Source of the DNA: Microcoleus sp.
GTDB taxonomy: Bacteria; Cyanobacteriota; Cyanobacteriia; Cyanobacteriales; Microcoleaceae
Reading direction: 5' to 3'
NCBI GenBank assembly: GCA_042408215.1
Contig: JAYFMW010000005.1
Span: forward strand, 224,001 to 288,000
Length of the DNA: 64,000 bases
Shown here: piece after piece, positions 10,194 through 20,011 of the stretch
How positions within the stretch are numbered: the stretch's first letter is position 1
Layout of the letters: each line of letters opens with the position of its first letter
Program-made: the position numbers and the translations under genes
The notes under the pieces: generated by a model
Database searches by the model: none
Told to the model about the DNA's origin: nothing
The model's input: only the letters and a program-made list of their open reading frames with translations

Positions 10194-10584
10194 GCCAAAG
10201 AAACCGGGTTTTTTACAGAATCTGTGGATTGTAACGCGTCTTCTCGCAAAAACCCGGTTGCTGGGCCCCCGTACAACCAAAGAAACCGGGTTTCGACTTC
10301 GCTCAACCAGCAAGTTTTTTGCGGTTTTTGCCGACTTTAACCAAGTATTGTCGCAAAAACCCGGTTTCTGGGCCCCGGTACAACCAAAGAAACCGGGTTT
10401 CGACTTCGCTCAACCAGCAAGTTTTTTACAGAATCTGTGGACTGTAACCAAGTATTGTCGCAAAAACCAGGTTTCTGGACCCCGGTACAACCAAAGAAAC
10501 CGGGTTTCGACTTCGCTCAACCAGCAAGTTTTTTACAGAATCTGTGGACTGTAACCAAGTATTGTCGCAAAAACCCGGTTTCTG
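10194..10584. repeat. Tandem array of 107-bp hairpin units (AGAAACCGGGTTT...AAACCCGGTTTCT)
   Basis: Units start at 10274, 10381 and 10488, plus a shorter first unit at about 10194; single relatives at about 33367-33430 and 37629-37694. Confidence 0.9.
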
Positions 10585-10648
10585 ACTACCCGATCGCCCA
10601 CCTGAAAAAACCAAATGTAAAAATATGTTGCAAAATTTGTACAACTGT

Positions 10649-10666
10649 GTTAAGTTTAGTTACATA
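10649..10666 (+). promoter_or_regulatory. Putative HLR1 (RpaB-binding) direct repeat upstream of the hli gene
   Basis: GTTAAGTT-TA-GTTACATA resembles the (G/T)TTACA(T/A)(T/A)-N2 repeat; hli genes are known RpaB targets. Confidence 0.55.
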
Positions 10667-10694
10667 AGGTTGAAATTACACGAGGTTTCTGGTC

Positions 10695-10838
10695 ATGGAA
10701 AACAAAAACGCAAAAGTTGGCTTCACTGAGTTCGCTGAAACCTGGAATGGTCGTTTGGCAATGCTGGGCTTCGTTATTGGCCTAGCGACCGAATTCCTCA
10801 CCGGTCAAGGTATTCTCTCTCAAATCGGTTTGATGTAA
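10695..10838 (+). CDS. hli: High-light-inducible protein (Hli/SCP), 47 aa, absent from the ORF track
   Basis: MENKNAKVGFTEFAETWNGRLAMLGFVIGLATEFLTGQGILSQIGLM; ExxNGRxAMLG motif. Confidence 0.96.
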   Translation: MENKNAKVGFTEFAETWNGRLAMLGFVIGLATEFLTGQGILSQIGLM

Positions 10839-10913
10839 TCTGCTCAACTGCTAGATATTTAATCTATGAGGGCGATCGACCCCATCACAAACAAGTGCGA
10901 TCGCCCGCCAACC

Positions 10914-10945
10914 AGTCCCCTTCACTCAATCTGAAGGGGACTTTT
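10914..10945 (+). terminator. Intrinsic terminator of hli
   Basis: AGTCCCCTTCA / TGAAGGGGACT stem followed by T residues. Confidence 0.75.
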
Positions 10946-11030
10946 AAATTTTGTATGTAAAAACAAAGACGATCGCACCCGTAAAAATTCTTCCCGTCCC
11001 AACATTGAAATTTGAGACACACCGCACCAA

Positions 11031-11243
11031 TTAAGCAATTCCTACCGAATCCAAAACCCTCAATTTAGGAGTCAAAGCAGAGAGCTTAACCAAACTGTCG
11101 AGTTTGCGAGTCCGCCCGCTGTTACCTAAAACCATCTCCGACAAATCCGGCATTTCCTGCCAGCAATGCGGGCAGAACCAATAAACGCGATTTTGGCGAG
11201 CGTGGCGGAGTAATTGAGATGAGCAACAAGGGCAACTATTCAT
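11031..11243 (-). CDS. Small zinc-ribbon protein
   Basis: CPCCS...WFCPHCWQEMP, a typical small cyanobacterial hypothetical protein. Confidence 0.8.
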   Translation of the reverse strand: MNSCPCCSSQLLRHARQNRVYWFCPHCWQEMPDLSEMVLGNSGRTRKLDSLVKLSALTPKLRVLDSVGIA

Positions 11244-11350
11244 GATATTTTAAACCTTCTTTAAGATATGAATTAATGACCAATTCATTACACAGATTGA
11301 CTCATGCTCAGGCCGTATCAACTCCTGACACAATCATCAAAAAGCTGGTT

Positions 11351-11578
11351 TCACTCCCAACTTTCAGCGTCTTGCAAGTAAAAGTTTTGGAGACCCAACA
11401 GCAGTACCACAATCAGAAGCTGAACGCTCCAAGGGGCGCAAGAGAAACCCCAAATAAAACAACCAAGTCCGGCAAAAGCAAGCAGAACAAAAAGAGCTTG
11501 AGAGCTTTGCCAATAAACCCAAACTGCTGTCAGAGAAACTATCAGTAGTAAAATATAGGCTGAGGGCATAATCGTCAT
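11351..11578 (-). CDS. Small hypothetical membrane protein
   Basis: Hydrophobic 75 aa; APWSVQLLIVVLL. Confidence 0.65.
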   Translation of the reverse strand: MTIMPSAYILLLIVSLTAVWVYWQSSQALFVLLAFAGLGCFIWGFSCAPWSVQLLIVVLLLGLQNFYLQDAESWE

Positions 11579-11815
11579 CTCCCAAGGTATCTGCCAAAGT
11601 CAGGATTGATCCCTGACGCTGTGCTTAAACTTAAAACTAAAAACTGAAGATTTTATGAAGACCTGCAATTTGTCACAAAAATTAACATACTCCTACCAGA
11701 TTGTATTTGTCTGAAACACCCAGCAAAAATCAGGAGCAGGGGAGAGTGGGAGAGAACTAACTAAATAAAAAATTACCTGGACATCACCGGACAATATGCT
11801 ATAACAGAACAAGAG

Positions 11816-13501
11816 TTGAGGAAAAAGCTATTGTCAGGTACGTCCCACCCAAAGAAGCGTCGTCCATCCTTGGAGTCAACGAAAGAACTCTCCGACGTTG
11901 GGAAGAAGCAGGCAAAATCCAAGCGCTCAGAACACCGTCAGGACTCTGAAGGTATAACGTTGACAGGTTTGCAGCTCTCGCCACTAGAACCGACAACCGA
12001 ATTGCTGTTGTCTACGCCAGAGTCAGTAGTCGCACACAACAACCCGACCTCAACAGACAAGTCGCCCACCTTAGCAGTCTCTACCCGGAAGCCGAAATCT
12101 GTAGCGAAATCGGAGGCGGACTTAATTTCAAACGCAAAAAGCTTCTTTCCCTATTGGAACGAATCTTCAAAGGTGATGTCAGAATGGTTGTCGTTGCCCA
12201 CAAAGACCGATTGGCAAGATTCGGCTTTGACCTGTTCAAATGGCTCTGCGAGCAAAACCGGTGTGAACTCGTGGTACTCAACGAAACAAACCTTAGTCCA
12301 GAAGCAGAAATGGTTGAAGACATCCTCGCAATTCTCCACTATTTTAGCAGTAGATTGTACGGACTCAGAAAGTATAAATCTCAAATCAAAGAAGATCAGG
12401 ATTTACCCCACACCTGAGCTACACAAAGTTTGGCGTCAATGGCTGGCAGCCTGTCGTTATTGTTTCAATCAAGCAATAGCAATGCAGCGAAAAAAACGCT
12501 TAACCAAGTTAGAATTGCGTAACGAAGTTATGCGAGGTGATTTACCTGAATGGGTAAAAGAAACGCCTTGTCATATCAGGCAAAATGCTGTGTTTGATGC
12601 TCACAGAGCTTTCAAGGCAAGTTCAGACGCCAAGTTTCGTAGTATCAGAGATTACTCTCAAGCCATCAAATTTAACGATTCAAATTTCAGCTCATGCACT
12701 TGGTATCCTTCCTTAACCAAAGGATTAACATTTAAAGCTGCTGAAAATATTCCTGAATGCCAGCACGGGACTCAACTACTTTACTGCAAGGGTCGTTGGT
12801 TTGCGGTGTTTCCTGTACCAGTTACTGTTCACCCTACCGATGCAACTGGAATTATTGCATTAGATCCGGGCGTAAGAACATTTATGACCGGATTTGATGG
12901 CAATAAATTCATTGAGTTTGGAGGTGGTGACATGGGACGTATCACTCGTTTGTGTCAACACTTAGATGACTTAATGAGCCGAATATCTCAAGCCACGAAA
13001 CAGCAAAGAAAACGCATGAGACAAGCAGCTCATCGCATGAGAATACGCATTCGCAACTTAGTTGATGAGTGCCAAAAACAAACGGCTTGTTATCTAACTA
13101 GCAACTATCGAGTCATATTTCTTCCTACTTTTGAGTCTTCCCAAATGGTAGCCAAAGCACGAAGAAAGATTCGTTCAAAAACTGCTAGGGCGATGTTAAC
13201 TTGGGCCCATTACAGATTCAAGCAAACCATCAAACATCAGGCAAATATCAGAAACGCAAGCGTGATTGATGTAACTGAAGAATACACATCTAAAACTTGT
13301 ACCCATTGCGGTCACGTACATCATTCGTTAGGTGGTTCTAAAGTGTTTACTTGTCCTGAATGTGGCTACTCAATCCCACGGGATTATAATGGCGCTTTTG
13401 GTATTTTACTAAAAGCTTTGCGGGATACCGCCTCTATCTCTTATGAGGGCGATAGTGCTATCGTTACTTTGTCCGGTAATAGCCGGGTAAGTGTCGCGTA
13501 A
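11816..13501 (+). CDS. tnpB: IS607 TnpB, pro-Fanzor type (rearranged RuvC)
   Basis: ALDPGVR, IFLPTF, VTEEYTSKTC, CxxC...CxxC, RDYNGA; conserved core starts near 12380 (KKIRIYP); real start unknown. Confidence 0.9.
   Translation: MRKKLLSGTSHPKKRRPSLESTKELSDVGKKQAKSKRSEHRQDSEGITLTGLQLSPLEPTTELLLSTPESVVAHNNPTSTDKSPTLAVSTRKPKSVAKSEADLISNAKSFFPYWNESSKVMSEWLSLPTKTDWQDSALTCSNGSASKTGVNSWYSTKQTLVQKQKWLKTSSQFSTILAVDCTDSESINLKSKKIRIYPTPELHKVWRQWLAACRYCFNQAIAMQRKKRLTKLELRNEVMRGDLPEWVKETPCHIRQNAVFDAHRAFKASSDAKFRSIRDYSQAIKFNDSNFSSCTWYPSLTKGLTFKAAENIPECQHGTQLLYCKGRWFAVFPVPVTVHPTDATGIIALDPGVRTFMTGFDGNKFIEFGGGDMGRITRLCQHLDDLMSRISQATKQQRKRMRQAAHRMRIRIRNLVDECQKQTACYLTSNYRVIFLPTFESSQMVAKARRKIRSKTARAMLTWAHYRFKQTIKHQANIRNASVIDVTEEYTSKTCTHCGHVHHSLGGSKVFTCPECGYSIPRDYNGAFGILLKALRDTASISYEGDSAIVTLSGNSRVSVA
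11830..12417 (+). pseudogene. tnpA: IS607 TnpA (MerR-like HTH plus serine recombinase) with in-frame TGA at 11947-11949
   Basis: RYVPPKEASSILGVNERTLRRWEEAGKI..RTPSGL*RY..VYARVSSRTQ..GGGLNFKRK..HKDRLARFG; start codon uncertain (ATT assumed). Confidence 0.88.
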
Positions 13502-13663
13502 ATGTATCAGATGGGGACAATTGCGAAAATCTTGCTTCTTGCTTCTTGCTTCTTGCTTCTTGCTTCTTCCTTCAACATCTGACTCATGCCTCACCCTCGA
13601 TAATTAATCCGTGTATCCGTGTCAAAATCTCTGAGAGTGCCTTCCTTCTTCCTTCAACATCCC

Positions 13664-14056
13664 CTATTCTCGATCCCAGCCCAAAATTTGAGCCACCTGA
13701 GCAGCCAAATACATCGGTTCAAAAGGCTTAGCAATCACGCTCACCACCCCCAACTTGGCAAACATCTGCCTGTCGCTAGCCAGAGCCTTAGCCGTTAGTA
13801 AAATTACTGGAATGTGCTGCGTAGCACTATTAGCTTGCAACTGTTGAAAAGTCGTAGGCCCGTCTTGGTCGGGCATCATCACGTCCAAGAGAATAGCATC
13901 AGGCTGTTCCGCGATCGCCTTAGCCACACCCTCCTGACCCGAACTCGCTGTCAGCACCTCCCAGCCCCCAACCACCTGAAGGCTGATTTGAGCCACTTCC
14001 CGAATATCTGTCGCATCGTCAATCACCAAGATGCGTTTAGCAGTCGAAATTAACAT
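13664..14056 (-). CDS. Single-domain response regulator
   Basis: ILVIDD, LLDVMMP, LLTAK, KPF receiver motifs. Confidence 0.95.
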   Translation of the reverse strand: MLISTAKRILVIDDATDIREVAQISLQVVGGWEVLTASSGQEGVAKAIAEQPDAILLDVMMPDQDGPTTFQQLQANSATQHIPVILLTAKALASDRQMFAKLGVVSVIAKPFEPMYLAAQVAQILGWDRE

Positions 14057-14155
14057 CTTTTTTATAAATGAGAACTGCTCTCAGTCTAGAGCCGAGATGT
14101 GAATATTTTGTCAAGACAACTATTTTACCCGATCGCACTTTACCGGAGATTTGGG

Positions 14156-14825
14156 TAAAAGCCCCGTCCTTTTAGGACGGCTTTAATTTTTTCTGTTTGT
14201 TTCAGGCTTGAGATTGTGAGCGTCAACCGTAAAGATTCTTGAAACAGTCGATTTATAGCCACTGTCCGTAAACAGTGCTATAATAGTTCCATGATTGTAC
14301 TGGAGTTCGCGTTAAAAGGTAAGCCACAGCAATACCGGGTCGTAGACGAAATGAGCCACACAGCTCAGTTTGTCCGAAACAAAGCTCTTAGATACTGGAT
14401 CGACAATCAAGGAGTTAAACTATCCGACCTCTACAAGCAATGTGCCATCATGGCTAAAGAGTTTGAATGGGCCGGAAAACTTAACTCAATGGCACGTCAA
14501 GCTACGGCACGAACGATGCCCTTTTTGCTATCCTACGTTTTTTCTCGAATTGCAAAGCTAAGAAGCCAGGAAAAAAAGGGATACCCACAATTCAAAAAGC
14601 AGACTCGTTCCGTAGAATATAAGACTTCAGGTTGGAAGCTTTCCACTGATAAAAGATGTCTCACTTTCACAGAAAAGTTAATTAATTACGAATTACGAAT
14701 TACGAATTACGAGGGGATAATTCGTAATTCGTAATTTTTAATTCGTAATTCTAAGTGGTGACATCAACGGGCAAGCCGACTGATTGAACCAAGAATCCTC
14801 GGGCCTGTATGCCGAGGAGTGTCAA
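14156..14825 (+). mobile_element. Internally deleted IS200/IS605 (tnpB-only) element
   Basis: Left hairpin CCGTCC-TTTTA-GGACGG; right hairpin TCCTCGG...CCGAGGA followed by GTGTCAA; truncated tnpB between them. Confidence 0.8.
14291..14734 (+). pseudogene. tnpB: Truncated TnpB N-terminus without RuvC
   Basis: MIVLEFALKGK..QFVRNKALRYW..KGYPQFKK..SVEYKTSGWKL, then runs into an ATTACGA repeat palindrome. Confidence 0.85.
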
Positions 14826-17068
14826 GGCATTCCGATCGCAATCAAAGAATCGAACGGCAAACAGCTAGAATAACACTCCTCTTCCGATAACACCGCAATC
14901 AGCCGTAGTGACCAGTCCGGCATAATTTGCAAATCCGCCCAAGGTACTGCTACCTCCAAACATTTATCCAACCCAACTTGAGCACGGCTGATGCGGGGAT
15001 GCCATTCATCCCGTTCTCCAGCTTGCTGAAACCCAATCGTTTTAGTTAGCAAATTAATCTCTAACTGATGGTGGAATCGATAATTTAGCGGTGCTGTATC
15101 CGGCAAATCCGACAGCGGAATCAGGCTGTTGTGCATCGTGCGATCGGGATAAAACCACAACAAATTCAACTCCGGCGGACAATCAATTCCCGGCCGAATA
15201 CCCGCCTTAAAGTCGGCGCGAATGTAAAAATTCAAGTGATCCACCCCGTACCACAGGCGCTGAATTGCAGAACTGCGGTGCATTGTCCCCCTCGCTCCCC
15301 CAACTTCAATCCGACCAGCCTTGTCCCAATCCTGTTCATTACCAATACCGTCAATCACCGGGTGAATAAAGCTCATCGGTTGGTGGTCGCCTTGAACTTC
15401 GTGCACCTCTACTTGCCGGCGTACTTCCGGGGGTACGGGTTCGTTGAGAGCTTCATAAATTGCCGCTACGTGTTCCCGGAATAGCTGATCGAACATGGCA
15501 TCTTGGTTCGACGTGTGGCCTTCGCCAAACCACCAGAACCAGTCAGAACCTTCGGCCGCATCAAGTGCTTCCCAAGCTTCGGGATTAGTTTCTTCTGTGG
15601 CTTCTGGATGGTTGGCCAATACTTGCCTTGCAGCGCCTAACAAATCCCAAGCGCGATTTTTCGCTGGATCGCCGATCCAAGTTGTGAGAGAACCGTCAAC
15701 CCAAGAACCGGTGTGGAGTTGCGCTGCGGGAATTGTTTCTGTGGCTGGGAATTTGTCGAGAAATTCCGAGACTGTCACCAGTTTAATATCTGGGTCGAGG
15801 CTGAGAGTTTGATAGAGAGATTCTAGGAAGGGTTTGCCGTCTTGGGGATAGAATTCCCAGCAATTTTCGCCGTCTAGGGCGATCGTAACTAACCAGGGAT
15901 TTTCTAAGGATGTGCCACCACCAGACTGTCGGCGTTTGAGAGTTCGCGCGATCGCCTCTAAGTGTCCCACTAAATCAGATGCTGCTTTTTTCGGTTCCAT
16001 CGAACCGTAGGTAAATCCGATCAAATCAGACAATCTGTGGTCTCGAAATACGATCGCCAAATCACCAGCAGGCGTTTCTAAGCGATAAGGGCGATATAAC
16101 AATTCTGGTTCGCAGACATTCCCAGTCGCGTCGCGGTTAAAAAAGTGTTTAATTGTCCACCCCAAAACTGCTTCGTCCGAGACTATCCATTTAAACCCTT
16201 GTTTGGCAATGTAGGGCAAAATTTGCGGGCTGACTGCCTGTTCTGAGGGCCACAAACCACGAGGTTCGCAATGAAACCTATCCTCATACATTTCCCAGGA
16301 TTTTCTGAGGTGTCGGGGAATATCTTCTGCCCACTGAAACCGATGTTGTGGCAGCGTCATGTTAGGAATAGCTACGCGGCCGCCGTTGGTGTCTGCAAGC
16401 AGCGGTAAAATCGGGTGTGTATAGGGGGTTGTGGAGACTTCTAATTGTCCCTCAGCTTGCATCTGACGGTGCTGGGGAATGATTTGGGCGAGGATTTGTT
16501 TTTGTTTGGAGTAGATTTTATGGCGATCGGCCAAACTAAAATTTTGCCCTTGTTTCAGCCATCCTGCAATCTCCGGGTCATCCCAAAACAGCGGGTCAAT
16601 CCAAGCTAAATTGTGCCATGCCAATAAGTCGCTAAAATCATGCTGATTCCAATTTTCCAAACACCACTGAATGCCGTTTTCTTGCCGCTGAGTGTAGAGT
16701 TGAGCGTAGCGGGGATGAGGCTGAATCAGAGTGTGGTAATTGGCGTCAAAGAAGTGTTCTAAAATAAACTCTTGTTCTGGGATGTTTAAATCCTCGGTGC
16801 GCTTCAGAGCTACGGCTAAATATGGGTCTAATGCCCGGTCTGCGATGTAGTCTTCTATCTGTAAAATCAACGAAGGAACAAGGTTTACAGTTTGATGCAG
16901 CTTGGGATATTTTGCCAGAATTAGCACTAAATCCAAGTAATCTTTTACTCCGTGCAAGCGCACCCAAGGCAGTCGGTATTGAGCCTCTGTTGCGTTAGCA
17001 GATACTCTGGATTTGTACAGCGGTTGGTGTTGGTGCCAAATGAAGGCTACATAGAGGGGGTGAGACAT
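14822..17068 (-). CDS. Glycoside hydrolase family 57
   Basis: WHQHQP, PYTHPILPLL, GLWPSE, LDGEN, AEGSDWFWW. Confidence 0.95.
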   Translation of the reverse strand: MSHPLYVAFIWHQHQPLYKSRVSANATEAQYRLPWVRLHGVKDYLDLVLILAKYPKLHQTVNLVPSLILQIEDYIADRALDPYLAVALKRTEDLNIPEQEFILEHFFDANYHTLIQPHPRYAQLYTQRQENGIQWCLENWNQHDFSDLLAWHNLAWIDPLFWDDPEIAGWLKQGQNFSLADRHKIYSKQKQILAQIIPQHRQMQAEGQLEVSTTPYTHPILPLLADTNGGRVAIPNMTLPQHRFQWAEDIPRHLRKSWEMYEDRFHCEPRGLWPSEQAVSPQILPYIAKQGFKWIVSDEAVLGWTIKHFFNRDATGNVCEPELLYRPYRLETPAGDLAIVFRDHRLSDLIGFTYGSMEPKKAASDLVGHLEAIARTLKRRQSGGGTSLENPWLVTIALDGENCWEFYPQDGKPFLESLYQTLSLDPDIKLVTVSEFLDKFPATETIPAAQLHTGSWVDGSLTTWIGDPAKNRAWDLLGAARQVLANHPEATEETNPEAWEALDAAEGSDWFWWFGEGHTSNQDAMFDQLFREHVAAIYEALNEPVPPEVRRQVEVHEVQGDHQPMSFIHPVIDGIGNEQDWDKAGRIEVGGARGTMHRSSAIQRLWYGVDHLNFYIRADFKAGIRPGIDCPPELNLLWFYPDRTMHNSLIPLSDLPDTAPLNYRFHHQLEINLLTKTIGFQQAGERDEWHPRISRAQVGLDKCLEVAVPWADLQIMPDWSLRLIAVLSEEECYSSCLPFDSLIAIGMP

Positions 17069-17073
17069 TACTC

Positions 17074-17478
17074 TAGTCCTTAGTCATTAGTTAGCAGTCA
17101 TTAGTCCTTAGTCATTAGTCCTTAGTCATTAGTCCTTAGTCATTAGTTAGCAGTCATTAGTCCTTAGTCATTAGTCCTTAGTCATTAGTTAGCAGTCATT
17201 AGTTAGCAGTCATTAGTCCTTAGTCATTAGTCCTTAGTCATTAGTCCTTAGTCATTAGTCCTTAGTCATTAGTTAGCAGTCATTAGTTAGCAGTCATTAA
17301 TCGGCAGTCATTAATCGGCAGTCATTAATCGGCAGTCATTAATCGGCAGTATGATTTAGTCAGTCATTAGTTGCTTTATTTACTTGTTACTGATGACTTC
17401 AGACTAATGAATAAATTTAGTCGGTTAATTTCCTAATGACTGCTAACTAATGACTAATGACTACTGACTAATGACTAA
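17074..17478. repeat. STRR tracts (TTAGTCA/TTAGTCC, then inverted TAATGAC)
   Basis: Long tandem heptamer runs. Confidence 0.9.
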
Positions 17479-17718
17479 TTACATTACCTGTTCAACTTCA
17501 GAGATTTCTGGGATGGCTTCGCGCAGGCGACGTTCTATGCCCATTCTCAGGGTCATTGTAGAACTCGGGCAAGAGCCACAAGCTCCTTGCAGCCGCAGGT
17601 GTACGACTGGGCCGTCGATTTCTACCAGTTCCACGTTGCCGCCGTCGGATATCAGGTAGGGGCGCATTTCATCGAGAACTGTTTCGACGTTATCTCTTGT
17701 TAGTGCTAGTGTCGTCAT
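17479..17718 (-). CDS. NifU-like (Nfu) Fe-S carrier protein
   Basis: [23 protein letters not shown]. Confidence 0.95.
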   Translation of the reverse strand: MTTLALTRDNVETVLDEMRPYLISDGGNVELVEIDGPVVHLRLQGACGSCPSSTMTLRMGIERRLREAIPEISEVEQVM

Positions 17719-17855
17719 ATTTCACCTTGTAGGTTATTTAGTACAATTGTCTTTGTTTAATCCTAGCGTTACTTGCTAGCAAATAAAGCTTGGTTTGGTT
17801 GGCTACGAATCATCCAAAAACCCGCTTCCTTAAATCAAACGGGTTTTTGCTGGCT

Positions 17856-18506
17856 CTACACTACTGCTGGTTCTAGCAGTTTGACGTTGGAGTAGTTGAA
17901 TTCGGTTGTTGTGAGTTGACCTTGTTCTTTCGATCGCACTACTTGCTTGGTCATAACATAATAGTCGCCTATTTTCTCAAAGGAATCTTCAAATTCGAGT
18001 TCTTTGATGATTTCATCAGTTTGGGGGTTGCGGAAAATCGCATCGTAGTGCGTCGCCAAAGAACCTTCGGGTGTCTCTAAGCTGTTGTGGGTGTCAATGA
18101 CAAAGGCCATACGCCCCATCACCCGGCTGACTTGACAAATTGACAGACCTCGGATTTTATAATTAGACCCCATTGAGTCGCCTTGCACTAAGATATCCAC
18201 AGCATCGGTGCTATCTTTCTCGCCAAGGGTGAAGTTGTTTTTCCCGTGGGATTTTTCAAAGGACGAGCGCTTGCGGTGGGTGACAATATCCCGCATTTGG
18301 GTGTAAGCGCTTTGCTGCACTTCCTCGTCTGCAATGCCACTCACTTCCACGGTCATGTCTGGTTTAATGGAAACATGACCCCTGTATACTTCGTCGCCTT
18401 GCTTGAGTTCGATGTCGGCACTGTAACCGGGAAAGTTGGAATCCCAAGTGTAGCGGTGTTCGTAGGCAGCGCGAAATAGGTCGCGAGCGTTGGCTGTCTC
18501 TGTCAT
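17856..18506 (-). CDS. DUF3386-family protein
   Basis: ARDLFRAAYEHRYTWD..FPGY; start placed at MTETAN. Confidence 0.85.
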   Translation of the reverse strand: MTETANARDLFRAAYEHRYTWDSNFPGYSADIELKQGDEVYRGHVSIKPDMTVEVSGIADEEVQQSAYTQMRDIVTHRKRSSFEKSHGKNNFTLGEKDSTDAVDILVQGDSMGSNYKIRGLSICQVSRVMGRMAFVIDTHNSLETPEGSLATHYDAIFRNPQTDEIIKELEFEDSFEKIGDYYVMTKQVVRSKEQGQLTTTEFNYSNVKLLEPAVV

Positions 18507-18871
18507 AAATCTCCCTTCTATGTACACCCATCTAGTTTAGCTTAACACCGGGAAGCCCCACACTGGTCGATCGGGCTGGTGTGCCGTAATTTACAGTTCG
18601 GTTTTCTCGCTTGCTACGATCTAAAAATACATAAAACTTAGGTAACACCCCCATTTTTGGGTGGCGCTTCACGAAGGATTACCCTAACAAACCCTATCAA
18701 TAGAGTCTCTGGGTAAGTCCCATTCGAGTTGAAAATTTATTGGTGATGGACAATTAGCCAGACAGGAGTGTTAATTTTGGGTTATGTTTAAGAAACAGGT
18801 GTCCGCTTGTTAAAACTCAGGTTGCGAAGAATTGCAGCCGATCGCAATTATAGTATTCCCCTGATGCTCAA

Positions 18872-20011
18872 ATGCTAGAAAAAATATTTCAATACCTGCA
18901 AACGTTGCAGGAACAAGCCAGCGAGTTGCCACCGGCACAACAGGCAATTTTCACAAATACTCTGGAAAATCTCTCTAATTCTTTGCAAGAATTGGCGGCC
19001 AGTCGCCAGTTTGAAAGCGCTACAAACAACGCAGATCGGGTGGTACAATTAGAAAAATCCCATCGCATTTTAGAGCGCACAGTGGCGAAACAAGCCTCTC
19101 GAATCCGACAGTTACAAGAACAGTTGCAAAAAGAAATCAGTCAGTACCGCCGGGATAATCAAGCACTCATTAAAAGTCAAGCAAAACTGCAAATAGTGCT
19201 GCGAAATTCTCCCGATATAATTAGCATTTTAGAGTCGGACGGGCGAGTTCGATACCACAGCGCCGCAGTGGAAAGGGTTTTGGGTTATAAGGCGGAATCA
19301 AGAATTGGTAAAGTTCACGGCGAGTTAATCCATCCTGACGATTGGCTGGCTTGGCAGGCATATTTTGGCTGGTTGCTGGAACATCCTGGAGTTGCTAAGC
19401 CGATCGAATATCGGGAGCGGCACGCTGACGGTTTTTGGCTATATATGGAAGCCGTTGGTAACAGTTTGCTTCAGGATTATAATGTCCACGGAGTTATACT
19501 TAATTCGCGGCCAATAGGGGAACGTAAGCAAGTAGAATTACAACTGCAACTCGCAGGCGAAGTGTTGCAAGCACAAATAGAATCTGCGCCACTGGCAATT
19601 AATTGTACCGATACCAAGGGCCAAGTAACTGTCTGGAACCGCGCGGCCGAAAAACTGTTTGGCTGGAGTGCTACAGAAGTTTTGGGTCAATATCCGCCTA
19701 ATATTCCAGAACGTGAACAGGAAGATTTTCACGACATACTGAAGTTGGTGTTCAATGGCAAAGCACAGAACGGTTGGGAAGTTTCTCTGTTGAAGAAAGA
19801 CGGTGGCTCGATCGATCTCTGGCTATTCGCCGCACCTGTGCAAGATGCCAGCGGCCGGATTATCGGCAGCATAAAAATATTTTCAGACCTTTCAGAACGC
19901 AAGCGCATAGAGTTAGAACGCCAAAAACTAGCAGGGCTGCAAAATATGGAAGAACCGTTTTGGGTGCGCTATGTCGCTCCTCCAAAAAGCAATAAAAAAG
20001 AGAGTAACTGA
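18872..20011 (+). CDS. Protein with two PAS domains and an N-terminal coiled coil; no output domain
   Basis: IHPDD and WNRAAEKLFGWSATEVLG PAS motifs. Confidence 0.88.
   Translation: MLEKIFQYLQTLQEQASELPPAQQAIFTNTLENLSNSLQELAASRQFESATNNADRVVQLEKSHRILERTVAKQASRIRQLQEQLQKEISQYRRDNQALIKSQAKLQIVLRNSPDIISILESDGRVRYHSAAVERVLGYKAESRIGKVHGELIHPDDWLAWQAYFGWLLEHPGVAKPIEYRERHADGFWLYMEAVGNSLLQDYNVHGVILNSRPIGERKQVELQLQLAGEVLQAQIESAPLAINCTDTKGQVTVWNRAAEKLFGWSATEVLGQYPPNIPEREQEDFHDILKLVFNGKAQNGWEVSLLKKDGGSIDLWLFAAPVQDASGRIIGSIKIFSDLSERKRIELERQKLAGLQNMEEPFWVRYVAPPKSNKKESN

Larger units (their letters stand above)
11753..13510 (+). mobile_element. IS607-family element (tnpA serine recombinase plus tnpB)
   Basis: tnpA and tnpB; short (C/T)GGACA repeats near the ends; an AG dinucleotide at both inferred junctions; boundaries inferred. 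Confidence 0.85.

Noticed and set aside
10194..10584. Possible CRISPR array
   Set aside because: Units are near-identical along their length with no unique spacers, the period is 107 bp, no cas genes are nearby, and the same motif is dispersed elsewhere.
10150..10667. ORFs 10150-10554, 10426-10644 and 10437-10667
   Set aside because: They are translations of the repeat array.
11753..13510. IStron (group I intron-associated IS607)
   Set aside because: Only about 75 bp separate the inferred left end from tnpA, leaving no room for a ribozyme core, and the insertion is intergenic.
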